A stretch of DNA of 36,183 bases from a virus (lineage: Duplodnaviria > Heunggongvirae > Uroviricota > Caudoviricetes). The notes under the pieces are model-generated. The model was not told the DNA's origin. It saw nothing but the letters and a program-made list of their open reading frames with translations, and did no database searches. Below, piece after piece: positions 18,739 through 27,596 of the stretch (its first letter is position 1; each line of letters opens with the position of its first letter). Location of the stretch: the IMG/VR virus record IMGVR_UViG_2551306525_000009, one strand, 5' to 3'. The translations under genes and the position numbers were made by a program.

Positions 18739-19791
18739 TTAGCTGTCGGCGAACTTCAGGCCAGTGACCATCGCGCACTTGCCATAGTCTTCAACGACAT
18801 AAGCGTCATTGATGGACTGGTAGGTGGCGATGCGGTTGTATTCCGGCTCGTCTTTCATCAGGCGACGCATTGTTCCTTTCTGCCAGTAAATCGACAGGTT
18901 GTTGAACGAGGTGATCAGCATCGTTGAATCCGGGAAGAACGGCGCAAGGAATACATCCAGTCCGCCAATGGCGCGCGATGACAGGATGAGCTGTCCGGCA
19001 AGTAATTCCGCATTGGGATTCTGGCCGCTGATGCTGTTCAGCACGGGCAGACGCAGCGAGTTAAACAGGTTGCGCCCCATAATCACCACGAGGTCGTCAG
19101 CTTCCTTGTGCCATTCATCCAGCAGGGATGAGCGCGCGTCCTGTACCAGTGCATCAGCGTTCGCATACTTACCCGCGTGCGCCACGGTGTTGTCCATGTT
19201 GCGGGAGGTCAGCGTCACGTCATTCATTACGCGCTCGCTGGCGTCGGTTCTGATGTGCTCCAGCCATCCCACGTTAACGTCCTGAAGCAGCTTGTTGGTG
19301 CTGAAGTTGGACTCATCTGCGTGAGACGTGCCGTTGAAACCGATCATGATGCGGTCAAGCGCCACCTGCCGGGCAATCTGTGTGCTGACGCGGGACTGAA
19401 AATCAGGGTGTGCCGCCCAGGCATCAAGCTGCGGATACGAAATAAACGTGTCGTAGTTCACCTGTTCGCACTGGTATTTGCGGTTTTTCAGATCAACCAC
19501 GTTATTCGGGTTACGGCGTTTTGTGCCGTCATAACTGGTATTCGTGCGCGCAATCGGCCCGGTGGTGTCCAGGAGGATTTTTTCGCCTTTCTGGTCGGTC
19601 ACACCGAACACGTTAATTTTTTTTGTAAATTCAGTGCTCTCCTTTACTGCGTTTTCAAAACGCTGCTGCACCGAGGGTTCCACGGTAAATCGCGATACCA
19701 GTGCAGATACCGGGATGTTGTTAAGCGACGCCTGCTGCGCCATATAGCAACCCAGCTTGTTGCGGGTAATATCTGACATCACCAGATTCAT
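18739..19791 (-). CDS. N: major capsid protein N
   Basis: similarity to P2 gpN (FTVEPSV, GEKI, MIGFNG, NLSIY, YVVEDY blocks). Confidence 0.9.
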   Translation of the reverse strand: MNLVMSDITRNKLGCYMAQQASLNNIPVSALVSRFTVEPSVQQRFENAVKESTEFTKKINVFGVTDQKGEKILLDTTGPIARTNTSYDGTKRRNPNNVVDLKNRKYQCEQVNYDTFISYPQLDAWAAHPDFQSRVSTQIARQVALDRIMIGFNGTSHADESNFSTNKLLQDVNVGWLEHIRTDASERVMNDVTLTSRNMDNTVAHAGKYANADALVQDARSSLLDEWHKEADDLVVIMGRNLFNSLRLPVLNSISGQNPNAELLAGQLILSSRAIGGLDVFLAPFFPDSTMLITSFNNLSIYWQKGTMRRLMKDEPEYNRIATYQSINDAYVVEDYGKCAMVTGLKFADS

Positions 19792-19813
19792 AAAAATTTG
19801 CTCCTTTGTCTTA

Positions 19814-20650
19814 TCAGAAGTCAGCCAGCTGGTCGGAGGCTGCGCCTGTTGCGGTGAAGCGGTTCTGCGGATCGCCGTCCTGCGTGCGCAGTTTTTCCTT
19901 CAGTGCTGCCAGCTCTGTGGTCAGTGACGTGATTTTCTGGCGGTCCTGCTGATGGCGGGTTTCCAGCACATTAAAACGGTCGATAATGTCGGCCTGTGAC
20001 GTTGCGACGCCTTCCACCGCTTCCTGAATACGGGAGAAACTGGCGTCATCCGCTTTGCGCCCACGACCAATAATCCCCATTACGCGGTTAAACCACTGGG
20101 TGCCTTCTTCCTGGCGTTGTTCTGCCATTTCGATGATTTCAGACTCGATGGCTTCGGAGATAAGCGGTGCTTCACCCTGGACACTGTTGAACGTCATCAC
20201 CGCCTGACGCTGCTGTGCCGTGAATTTCAGGCGCTCAGTGCCCAGGCTTGCCGGGGTGTCGGTCATCGCCAGCCCGACCAGATAGGCGCGCCCGTTAACG
20301 GAGAACTGCGGGTGCAGTTCGATACTGGAATAGATTTTCTTGCCGTCAGCGACAAGCTGCTTCATGCGCTCGGTCGGTTCGATTTCTGCATACAGCGCAG
20401 TACGTCCGGCCAGCGGGCCTTCCGTAATATCTTCCGTACTCAGCGCGGTGACATCGCCCATTGCGGAAAATTCGCTTGACGGGCATGGCGAGAGATAGTG
20501 CTCAACGTTCACGCGGGCAGCGTAAACATCCGGATTGAAGTTCTCGGCGGCTTCACGCAGATGTACCGGGCTGATTTCGCGGCCATCAACAGTTGATCCG
20601 GAGACAGCCACGCGAAACTTTTTGCGGGATGTCTTTTTTTCATTAGCCAT
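19814..20650 (-). CDS. O: capsid scaffolding protein O
   Basis: similarity to P2 gpO (AYLVGLAMTDTPASLGTE block); start at ATG with AGGGG RBS (ORF track 20683). Confidence 0.85.
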   Translation of the reverse strand: MANEKKTSRKKFRVAVSGSTVDGREISPVHLREAAENFNPDVYAARVNVEHYLSPCPSSEFSAMGDVTALSTEDITEGPLAGRTALYAEIEPTERMKQLVADGKKIYSSIELHPQFSVNGRAYLVGLAMTDTPASLGTERLKFTAQQRQAVMTFNSVQGEAPLISEAIESEIIEMAEQRQEEGTQWFNRVMGIIGRGRKADDASFSRIQEAVEGVATSQADIIDRFNVLETRHQQDRQKITSLTTELAALKEKLRTQDGDPQNRFTATGAASDQLADF

Positions 20651-20804
20651 AGTTTTTGCCCCTCTGACTGGTTCTTCTGTCATGATGGCAAAGCGTAACA
20701 GGCTGATACAAAGGGCTTTTGTTGTAAGAAAACGGCCAGAACAGGGGGTTAAGGAGAACAGTTTCGCGCGCGGGTAATCTTCCTGTAATTACTCAGGGGG
20801 AGCA

Positions 20805-22556
20805 ATGATTCAGGACGCTTTTGTGCGCCAGCGTGCGCGGCAACTTTACTGGCAGGGTTATCCGCCCGCAGAAATATCACGTCTGATGGGAATAAACCCG
20901 AACACGATTTATGCGTGGAAAAAACGTGACCAGTGGGATGAAACGCCACCCGTGCAGCGTGTCACGCAGTCCATCGATGCGCGCCTCATCCAGCTTACTG
21001 AAAAACAGAATAAAACAGGCGGTGACTTTAAGGAAATAGACCTGCTGACCCGGCAGCTTAAAAAACTGCATGATGGCCAGCCGGATGCGACGGCCACAGG
21101 AAAGAAAGGCCGGGCGAAAAAACTCAAAAATCATTTCACGCCGGAACAGATTGCCGCACTGCGGGAAAAAATCATCAGCAGGCTGGAGTGGCATCAGCGG
21201 GGCTGGTTTGACGCCCTGACCCTTTGCAGGGAAGCCGGGATACGTAACAGGATGATCCTGAAATCCCGACAGATTGGGGCGACCTGGTATTTTGCACAGG
21301 AAGCACTGCTGATGGCGCTGCGTGACGATGTGGCGCAACCTTACCAGCGTAACCAGATTTTTTTGTCTGCGTCGCGTCGTCAGGCGTTCCAGTTTAAAAG
21401 CATTATTCAGAAGGCCGCGGCTGAAGTTGATGTGGAGCTGAAAGGGGGCGATAAAATCATCCTCTCCAACGGCGCAGAGCTGCATTTTCTCGGCACTTCT
21501 GCTGCGTCGGCACAGTCCTATACGGGCAATTTTTATTTTGATGAATTTTTCTGGGTCAGTCGCTTTGCTGAACTGCGCAAGGTGGCTGGCGCTATGGCAA
21601 CCCTCAGCGGACTGCGGCGCACCTACTTCTCCACGCCATCCACCGAAACGCACGAGGCATACGCCTACTGGAACGGCGACCGCTGGAACGAGAAAAAGGC
21701 CTCGCATAAACGCCAGCGTTTTTCTGTGGACTGGGAAACGCTGCATAACGGACTTATCTGCCCTGACCGGACGTGGCGGCAAATTGTCACGCTGGAAGAT
21801 GTGGTTAATCACGGCTGGAAACACACCGATATTGATGAAATTCGTGATGAAAACACCGAAGACGAGTTCCGCAATCTCTATATGTGTGAGTTTGTCCGCG
21901 AAGGGGAATCGGCATTTAACCTGAATATCCTGATTGGCTGCGGTGTTGACGGATACGACGACTGGAAAGACTGGAAACCTTTTGCTCCCCGCCCGATGGG
22001 GAATCGTCCGGTATGGATTGGGTATGACGCAAACGGCAGCAGTGGCAACGGCGACAGCGGCGCGGTGTCCGTGGTGGTTCCTCCGGCTGTTCCTGGTGGC
22101 CGTTTTCGAACGGTGGAGACGCGACGCGTTCAGGGGCTGGAGTTTGAAGAACAGGCCAGAGTCATTGAAGAGTTCACGTGTCGCTACAACGTGGAACACA
22201 TCGGCATTGATGTGACGGGTGGGAACGGGGAGGCTGTTTATCAGATAGTGAAACGGTTTTTCCCTGCTGCTATTCCGTACACCTTCACGCTGTCATCAAA
22301 ACGGTCGCTGGTACTGAAAATGCTGCAAATAATGCGTGCCGGGCGGTGGGAATACGATCGCGCCGAACGCGAGCTGGTCGCGGCCTTTAACGCCGTGCGT
22401 AAGGTGAAAACACCGGGCGGCTTTATCACTTACGAAACGGACCGCGCGAGGGGGATCAGCCACGGCGACCTTGCGTGGGCAACCATGCTTGCTGTCATTA
22501 ACGAACCGATTGGCGGCGAAGGAGAAAACGAGCGTTTCACGGTTATGGAGTTCTGA
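20805..22556 (+). CDS. P: terminase large (ATPase) subunit P
   Basis: 583 aa; divergent from O as in P2. Confidence 0.9.
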   Translation: MIQDAFVRQRARQLYWQGYPPAEISRLMGINPNTIYAWKKRDQWDETPPVQRVTQSIDARLIQLTEKQNKTGGDFKEIDLLTRQLKKLHDGQPDATATGKKGRAKKLKNHFTPEQIAALREKIISRLEWHQRGWFDALTLCREAGIRNRMILKSRQIGATWYFAQEALLMALRDDVAQPYQRNQIFLSASRRQAFQFKSIIQKAAAEVDVELKGGDKIILSNGAELHFLGTSAASAQSYTGNFYFDEFFWVSRFAELRKVAGAMATLSGLRRTYFSTPSTETHEAYAYWNGDRWNEKKASHKRQRFSVDWETLHNGLICPDRTWRQIVTLEDVVNHGWKHTDIDEIRDENTEDEFRNLYMCEFVREGESAFNLNILIGCGVDGYDDWKDWKPFAPRPMGNRPVWIGYDANGSSGNGDSGAVSVVVPPAVPGGRFRTVETRRVQGLEFEEQARVIEEFTCRYNVEHIGIDVTGGNGEAVYQIVKRFFPAAIPYTFTLSSKRSLVLKMLQIMRAGRWEYDRAERELVAAFNAVRKVKTPGGFITYETDRARGISHGDLAWATMLAVINEPIGGEGENERFTVMEF

Positions 22557-23602
22557 TGAGCAGAAAAAATAAAAAAGTGCGCATGAGTTCACGCATTGAT
22601 CTCGCTGATGCGCTCAGGAAAGAATCATCGCTCAGTGCATTCACATTTGATGGTCCTTATCGCCTGACCGGGCATGACCTGCTGGACAATATGTACTGTG
22701 CTGATAACGGGCGGTGGTATGAAACCCCGGTGGACTGGTACGGTCTGGCAAGAGCCGCCCGGCAAACGTCCTGGCATCAGTCTGCGCTTTACTTTAAGCG
22801 CAATGTATTGCTCGGTTGCTACATCCCGCACCCGCTGCTTTCCCGGCAGGATTTCTCGGCGCTGGCGCTGGACTGGTTTGTGTTCGGTAACGCATTCCTT
22901 GAGCTTCGAAGCAATATGCTCAGCGAACCGCTAAAATTACGGCACGCCCTGGCGAAATACATGCGACGCGGAAGCGATCTTGAATCATGGTGGTATGTGC
23001 AGGATGGCAAGGATGCGTTTCAGTTTCGCCCAGGCAAAGTGTGCCACCTGATGAATCCGGATATTAACCAGGAAATCTACGGCATGCCGGAATATCTCGG
23101 CGCATTACTCTCGGCCAGCCTGTCTCATTCGGCGGACATGTTCAGAAAACTGTATTACGACAACGGATCCCACGCCGGGTGCATCATCTACATCGGTGCA
23201 GCGCAGGTAAACCGCGAAAGCATGGACTCCCTGAAAGAAACGCTACAGGGTGCGCGTGGTGGTGGTGCGTTTAAAAACGTGCTCATTCATGCGCCCAACG
23301 GGGGCAAAGAGGGGGTGCAAATTTTGCCGTTCCAGCAGATCACCGCAAAGGATGAGTTCATGAATGTTAAGGCGGCATCCCGTGATGATGTGCTGGCTGC
23401 GCACCGCGTTCCGCCGCAACTGATGGGGGCGATGCCGGGTGAAAAAAGTGCGTTTGGTGATGTGGAGAAGGCCGCGCGGGTTTACGCAATTAACGAGCTG
23501 ATGCCCGTCATGGAGGCCATGAAGCACATCAATGACTGGCTTGGCGAAGAGGTGATCCGCTTTAACCCTTATGCACTGCTGGACACCCAGCCCACATCCT
23601 GA
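22556..23602 (+). CDS. Q: portal protein Q
   Basis: 348 aa; start overlaps P stop (TGATG). Confidence 0.85.
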   Translation: MSRKNKKVRMSSRIDLADALRKESSLSAFTFDGPYRLTGHDLLDNMYCADNGRWYETPVDWYGLARAARQTSWHQSALYFKRNVLLGCYIPHPLLSRQDFSALALDWFVFGNAFLELRSNMLSEPLKLRHALAKYMRRGSDLESWWYVQDGKDAFQFRPGKVCHLMNPDINQEIYGMPEYLGALLSASLSHSADMFRKLYYDNGSHAGCIIYIGAAQVNRESMDSLKETLQGARGGGAFKNVLIHAPNGGKEGVQILPFQQITAKDEFMNVKAASRDDVLAAHRVPPQLMGAMPGEKSAFGDVEKAARVYAINELMPVMEAMKHINDWLGEEVIRFNPYALLDTQPTS

Positions 23603-23629
23603 CGCGCTTCGCTTGTCTGCTGCTTCGCC

Positions 23630-23652
23630 GGGGCATAAAAAATTTATGCCCC
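23630..23652. other. hairpin 28 bp after Q (GGGGCATAAA-aaa-TTTATGCCCC)
   Basis: 10-bp perfect stem read directly; no U-tract, function unknown. Confidence 0.4.
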
Positions 23653-23932
23653 GACTCTCCAGCTCCTGTATCAGTCAGATAATTTCACGACGCTTTCCTG
23701 CTTATTGCCATCATCGACGGTCAGATTCTTACGCAATCCCACCGCGTTAACTGCATGTTCTCGCCGCCTCAGTGCGATTTTGACGGCCTTACCTTTCACC
23801 CCATCAAATCAAAAGCCCTCACGTCTTTTTCACGCTCAGCGTGAGAAATACAGCCATTCTGTTGTGTTGCTGCGACATCGTTCAGGGGATGCTATTTACC
23901 CCCTGAAACGCGGGCTGTTCCCCCGTCACCTG

Positions 23933-23956
23933 CGCGCAGAAAAAGCGCGTTTTTTT
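23933..23956 (+). terminator. rho-independent terminator (CGCGC-agaaaaa-GCGCG followed by T7)
   Basis: GC stem plus seven T read directly; could stop read-through from the P-Q operon. Confidence 0.5.
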
Positions 23957-24026
23957 GTGCACGCACGGATCCTTGACGGATCCAGCCGCCATGCGGGCCG
24001 GAAGGGTAAAAAGTCGTTCAAAAAAA

Positions 24027-24053
24027 TTGTGCAAATTTGTGCACTATTGTGCA
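24027..24053. repeat. three direct TTGTGCA repeats at 10-bp phasing (TTGTGCAAAT TTGTGCACTA TTGTGCAAC)
   Basis: read directly; helical-turn spacing suggests a protein-binding array. Confidence 0.5.
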
Positions 24054-24070
24054 ACAGAGAAAGAAGGCCA

Positions 24071-24102
24071 GGAAGAAAGAAAAGCCGCCTTCAAAAGGCA
24101 GC
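24071..24102 (-). terminator. rho-independent terminator closing the leftward accessory operon
   Basis: minus strand reads GCTGCCTT-ttga-AGGCGGC then TTTTCTTTCTTCC, 43 nt after the 24145 stop. Confidence 0.6.
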
Positions 24103-24144
24103 TTTTCAGATTAGTAAGGGATTGATAGATAGTCGTCGCAAAAC

Positions 24145-24525
24145 TCAAAAAGAAGACTGGAACTCTTCTGCTCTGCGCTCAATTTCTGCCATGTAGGATG
24201 TACGGGCTAACTCATGCGCATTGGGTGTCATAATGCTGATTAGCTGATACTTATCTGGATATAAGAAATGGCGGGAGTAAACAAGATAACTGTTTGATTT
24301 ACGCGAGGCGGCAGGTAGCTTTGCAGGCCACGGCTGTTCATCAGGTAAACGAATGTGAATCTTAAAAACAAAAGAATCACGAAGACGCCCGCTATCTTCC
24401 CACTGCCCTTCGTTGCCAAAGACTGAGGGTAAAGATCCGCCGTTTTTCCATGACTGCAAAGCATGTGCATATTTGCGAGCAACTGCGGGGAGTTCTATGT
24501 CATTGTGGACAGAGACTTTAATCAT
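24145..24525 (-). CDS. YafO-like toxin-domain protein
   Basis: 126 aa; C-terminal LISIMTPNAHELAR...AEEF resembles E. coli YafO (LIAILKPEPHKLAR...AEAF, from memory); also SLPSVFG vs VLPDIFG and SYLVYS vs AHLVYC. Confidence 0.5.
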   Translation of the reverse strand: MIKVSVHNDIELPAVARKYAHALQSWKNGGSLPSVFGNEGQWEDSGRLRDSFVFKIHIRLPDEQPWPAKLPAASRKSNSYLVYSRHFLYPDKYQLISIMTPNAHELARTSYMAEIERRAEEFQSSF

Positions 24526-24534
24526 GGCCCTGCC

Positions 24535-25128
24535 TTAATGGAACGTTGGATCTTTAAGGCCCAGCTTTTTATGTTCACTGCGGATAAGTGCGCGAACCTG
24601 ATCGGCGGTAACACCCAGATCAGCATCTGAAGTTTTCTTCGGCACATGCGTGCTTTCAATGAAGGATAAAATATCTTCAATCGTATAGCGGAGCGTCGCA
24701 GCGGAACGAGCAAAAGCGACAATCTCTTTTCTCAGTTCCGCGTTACTTTCAGGTACGCTTTTCAGCGCAACCCTTGCAGCCTCGACAAAACTTGCACATA
24801 CCGCAATATGACGGAAAAGGCTTTCAAACCCTTCCTGAGTCTCTTTTTTCTGATTTTTCAGAATAATAGGGATCTGCTTTTCTTCCCATTCGATGCGAAG
24901 GTTTGCCCTGTGTGTCTTCATCCTATCAGCCAGGTTAAGCATATAACTGGTGGCCTCATCAATAGGAAGGTATGCCACAGAATCCTTTACGTCCTGGAGG
25001 GATAGCGTAGACGTACTGTGCCGGGAGATTGATAAGTCATGATGCACAATGCTACTGGCAGGAACAGGGGCGAGAGCCACCGCCAGCGCTGCGGCCATAG
25101 ATGTTATTTTATTTTTTTTACTGCTCAT
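24535..25128 (-). CDS. hypothetical protein, 197 aa, N-terminus resembles a signal peptide or TM anchor (MSSKKNKITSMAAALAVALAPVPASS)
   Basis: ORF with GGAAAGG RBS; 9 nt upstream of the YafO-like gene; not recognisable as YafN/RelB-type antitoxin. Confidence 0.55.
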   Translation of the reverse strand: MSSKKNKITSMAAALAVALAPVPASSIVHHDLSISRHSTSTLSLQDVKDSVAYLPIDEATSYMLNLADRMKTHRANLRIEWEEKQIPIILKNQKKETQEGFESLFRHIAVCASFVEAARVALKSVPESNAELRKEIVAFARSAATLRYTIEDILSFIESTHVPKKTSDADLGVTADQVRALIRSEHKKLGLKDPTFH

Positions 25129-25217
25129 AATTGCCTTTCCTGCCAATAATCGTGAACCACTGCCGGAATGATAGCGCAAAAAATCACCCGCTGAAACGAA
25201 TTATCCTTGCGGCAAAA

Positions 25218-25304
25218 CTAGCCCGCGTCAACCTCATACCACGCCAGCGTCGATTGATAGTTTTGTGCCGCCTCGCGTAATGCCTGATAGTCAATTTTGC
25301 TCAC
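25218..25304 (-). CDS. putative 28-aa micro-ORF (VSKIDYQALREAAQNYQSTLAWYEVDAG), GTG start overlapping upstream stop
   Basis: AGGAGG 7 nt upstream of GTG; GTGA overlap with stop of the 174-aa gene; identified manually. Confidence 0.3.
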   Translation of the reverse strand: MSKIDYQALREAAQNYQSTLAWYEVDAG

Positions 25305-25825
25305 TGGTTGCCTCCTTTGTGTTGCGTCAGCTCTTCCTGCGCCTGCATCATGCGATTGACCTGAATGCGTGTGCGTCGAACGGCAAAATTAAATTGAAAC
25401 ATGAGCCGGAACATTTCTGAGGCTTCCGTGTGAGCATCATGGAGAGGTGACAGGCGGTACAGTTCTGCCTCCGTAGCTTGTTGAATCAATGACAGATCAA
25501 ATTGAAGTGCGGGTCTGGTACATTTTGCACTTCTGGCAGCAAGCTCCGGCATCAGTTTCTTAACGAAGGTGTTTTGCACCGCTTTGTTGAGTTGTGTCTG
25601 CATCCAAATCGCAAATTTCAGCGAACGCATAAGTTTGATAGCCTCGGGCAGCGGCAGATAGATCATGCTGGTAGATTTGGGTGGTTGGTGAATCATCTTC
25701 ACGGATACGCGATTTCGCAGCGTTCGGAAAATCGTGTTCCCAACAACAGCTTCTACGGATACAGGACAGGGAGCCAGACCAGCCCGCAGTGCTTCTTTCA
25801 TTGGCATGTATTCGTATTTTTTCAT
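25301..25825 (-). CDS. hypothetical protein, 174 aa
   Basis: ORF with GAGGA RBS; no family recognised. Confidence 0.55.
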   Translation of the reverse strand: MKKYEYMPMKEALRAGLAPCPVSVEAVVGNTIFRTLRNRVSVKMIHQPPKSTSMIYLPLPEAIKLMRSLKFAIWMQTQLNKAVQNTFVKKLMPELAARSAKCTRPALQFDLSLIQQATEAELYRLSPLHDAHTEASEMFRLMFQFNFAVRRTRIQVNRMMQAQEELTQHKGGNQ

Positions 25826-25885
25826 CGTGTTTTCCTCGTGCGGGGCGACAGTGCACCCCGATAAAATTAAAAGCCGTCAAATTCG

Positions 25886-26221
25886 TCATTCATGCGTTTT
25901 TTCTTCATGGTCTGTCACTTCTCCCCTGATAATTTCATTGCACAAATCCACGCACTCATTGCAGATGTAAACAGACGGTCCGGCAATCACCTTTATGACT
26001 TCGTGCTGGGATTTATTGCAGAAGCTGCAATAAATCGTCTTCTTGCCTGAAGTCCATGTTTTGCTGATTTCGCCAGACATCAGTTGCTTGATGTCTTTTT
26101 CACGACGAAGAACTATCTGGCCACATTCAGCTATTTTTTGGATGTTGACATTTTCTTCTTTCGCCAGCGCTTCCATTCGCTCAATCAGTCGCTGCGCTTT
26201 TTCTCTGTCAATGTGTTGCAT
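25886..26221 (-). CDS. small protein with ClpX-type C4 zinc-binding domain (ZBD) at its C-terminus
   Basis: [39 protein letters not shown] is near-identical to the E. coli ClpX N-terminal ZBD ([39 protein letters not shown], from memory); GGGGG RBS. Confidence 0.8.
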   Translation of the reverse strand: MQHIDREKAQRLIERMEALAKEENVNIQKIAECGQIVLRREKDIKQLMSGEISKTWTSGKKTIYCSFCNKSQHEVIKVIAGPSVYICNECVDLCNEIIRGEVTDHEEKTHE

Positions 26222-26255
26222 TGTGTCCCCCTTGTTTATGTTCCCGGATTAAAGT

Positions 26256-26279
26256 CATCAGGGCGGATGCGCCCTGATG
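26256..26279. other. hairpin between parR and the ClpX-ZBD gene (CATCAGGGCG-gatg-CGCCCTGATG)
   Basis: perfect 10-bp stem read directly; may separate transcription units or stabilise mRNA. Confidence 0.45.
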
Positions 26280-26284
26280 TTGTG

Positions 26285-26596
26285 TTATTCGGGAAATAAC
26301 GCCCGGATATTTCTGGCCATCTGACTGGTTATCTGTGCGGTTGATACTGGCTGTGACGCGGGGCGTTCTGTCCTGGTTTGTGTCACCGATAACGCCTCAT
26401 CGTCAGCCCATGCAGCCAGTCGGTAAGCCTCTGCCGGATTCATTTTCAGAAGTGCCAGCCCGGCCAGAAAAGCCACGCGTTGGCCGCTTTTGCGGGCTTC
26501 TGGTGTAAGGCTGTCCAGCCAGGCGCATGCTTCGCCTTCGTTCTTGACGGCGGCGGGCTTCAGATAGAAACTTATCCGTCTGGTTGGTGTCGTCAT
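26285..26596 (-). CDS. parR: ParR-like ribbon-helix-helix centromere-binding protein
   Basis: RRISFYLKP...LDSLTPEARKSGQRVAFLAGLALLKMNP...IRALFPE parallels plasmid R1 ParR (from memory); AGGAG RBS. Confidence 0.7.
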   Translation of the reverse strand: MTTPTRRISFYLKPAAVKNEGEACAWLDSLTPEARKSGQRVAFLAGLALLKMNPAEAYRLAAWADDEALSVTQTRTERPASQPVSTAQITSQMARNIRALFPE

Positions 26597-26600
26597 TGGT

Positions 26601-27560
26601 TTACTCCTTGTCCATTGCGTACAGCCCATTAACCAGAGCAAACTGTGGCACCCCGTCCGCGATGAAAGTCGCATTAACTCCGCAGGCTTCGCGGATAGCG
26701 GGTGCCACAATCTCCGCCCCTCCACCGACAACCATCACCCGCCCGTAACCCGAAAAACCCGCCAGCGCGCGGATCACGCGTTGTTTCAGTGTTTCTTCCT
26801 TTTCACGAATAACCTCCATCAGGCTGGCGTAATGCGCGTCATTGTGGATGTGCTGGCGCAGCCAGGCTTCATTATGGCGATGTTCGATAATGGTATTGGC
26901 GATGTGGTGACTGGTGCGCATACCGTTAGTGGCCATCACCGACAGTACGGCATCGGCCATCAGAGAAACGCCTACGTGTGGATCGCAAAACACCTGGCTG
27001 ATACCTGCCAGTTGCCCCTGAACCTTTGCCACATCCAGCGTGGTTCCGCCCAAATCTACAATCAGCAGGGATTCAAACGGACTCATGTCAGCCAGTGCCT
27101 TAAAGCCAGCCGGAATGGATTCAGGCATAACCCGCACGTTACGGATAGTGAATGCTTCGCCGTTCTGGTACTCCACCGGGCGCATAACGTTCGCTTTTTT
27201 GCGGTTGATGTTGGCCATGTCCGGCTGTGCGTTTGTGTCGAAATACTCGCTCAGTGGCAGGGTGACAACCACATCCACCTCCTGTGGCGTGATGCCTGAT
27301 TTGACCAGCGCGTGATGAATGGCAATGACATTCACATCGCTGTACTGGTATTGCGTGTCGGTCGTCTGGACAAAGCGATCGCTGACCGGATCAAAACCAT
27401 AGCGCACGCCATCAAGCATGTAGTTCGCAGGCTGCGAGCCACCGAACGGCGCAGACCATTCCGACTTGAAGCTGTTCGGGCTGATGGCGTTGCGGCGTTC
27501 GCCGTTCTCAGTCCATGCCAGCTTGATGTTGGTGGAGCCGTCGTCGATACAAATTTTCAT
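26601..27560 (-). CDS. parM: ParM/StbA-family actin-like segregation ATPase
   Basis: MKICIDDGSTNIKL (phosphate-1), LIVDLGGTTLDV (phosphate-2), VVGGGAEIV (adenosine) motifs; 319 aa. Confidence 0.8.
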   Translation of the reverse strand: MKICIDDGSTNIKLAWTENGERRNAISPNSFKSEWSAPFGGSQPANYMLDGVRYGFDPVSDRFVQTTDTQYQYSDVNVIAIHHALVKSGITPQEVDVVVTLPLSEYFDTNAQPDMANINRKKANVMRPVEYQNGEAFTIRNVRVMPESIPAGFKALADMSPFESLLIVDLGGTTLDVAKVQGQLAGISQVFCDPHVGVSLMADAVLSVMATNGMRTSHHIANTIIEHRHNEAWLRQHIHNDAHYASLMEVIREKEETLKQRVIRALAGFSGYGRVMVVGGGAEIVAPAIREACGVNATFIADGVPQFALVNGLYAMDKE

Positions 27561-27596
27561 GTCGCTTTTCCTTATGTTGATTAATTAATCGTTTAC

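Noticed and set aside
20877-22199. 440-aa minus-strand ORF opposite terminase P
   Set aside because: Completely antisense to a strongly supported terminase gene; no family resemblance.
23705-24196. 163-aa plus-strand ORF in the cos-proximal region
   Set aside because: Arg/Lys/Ser-rich low-complexity translation, runs through two terminators and the TTGTGCA repeat array, no RBS; the region is more plausibly regulatory non-coding DNA.
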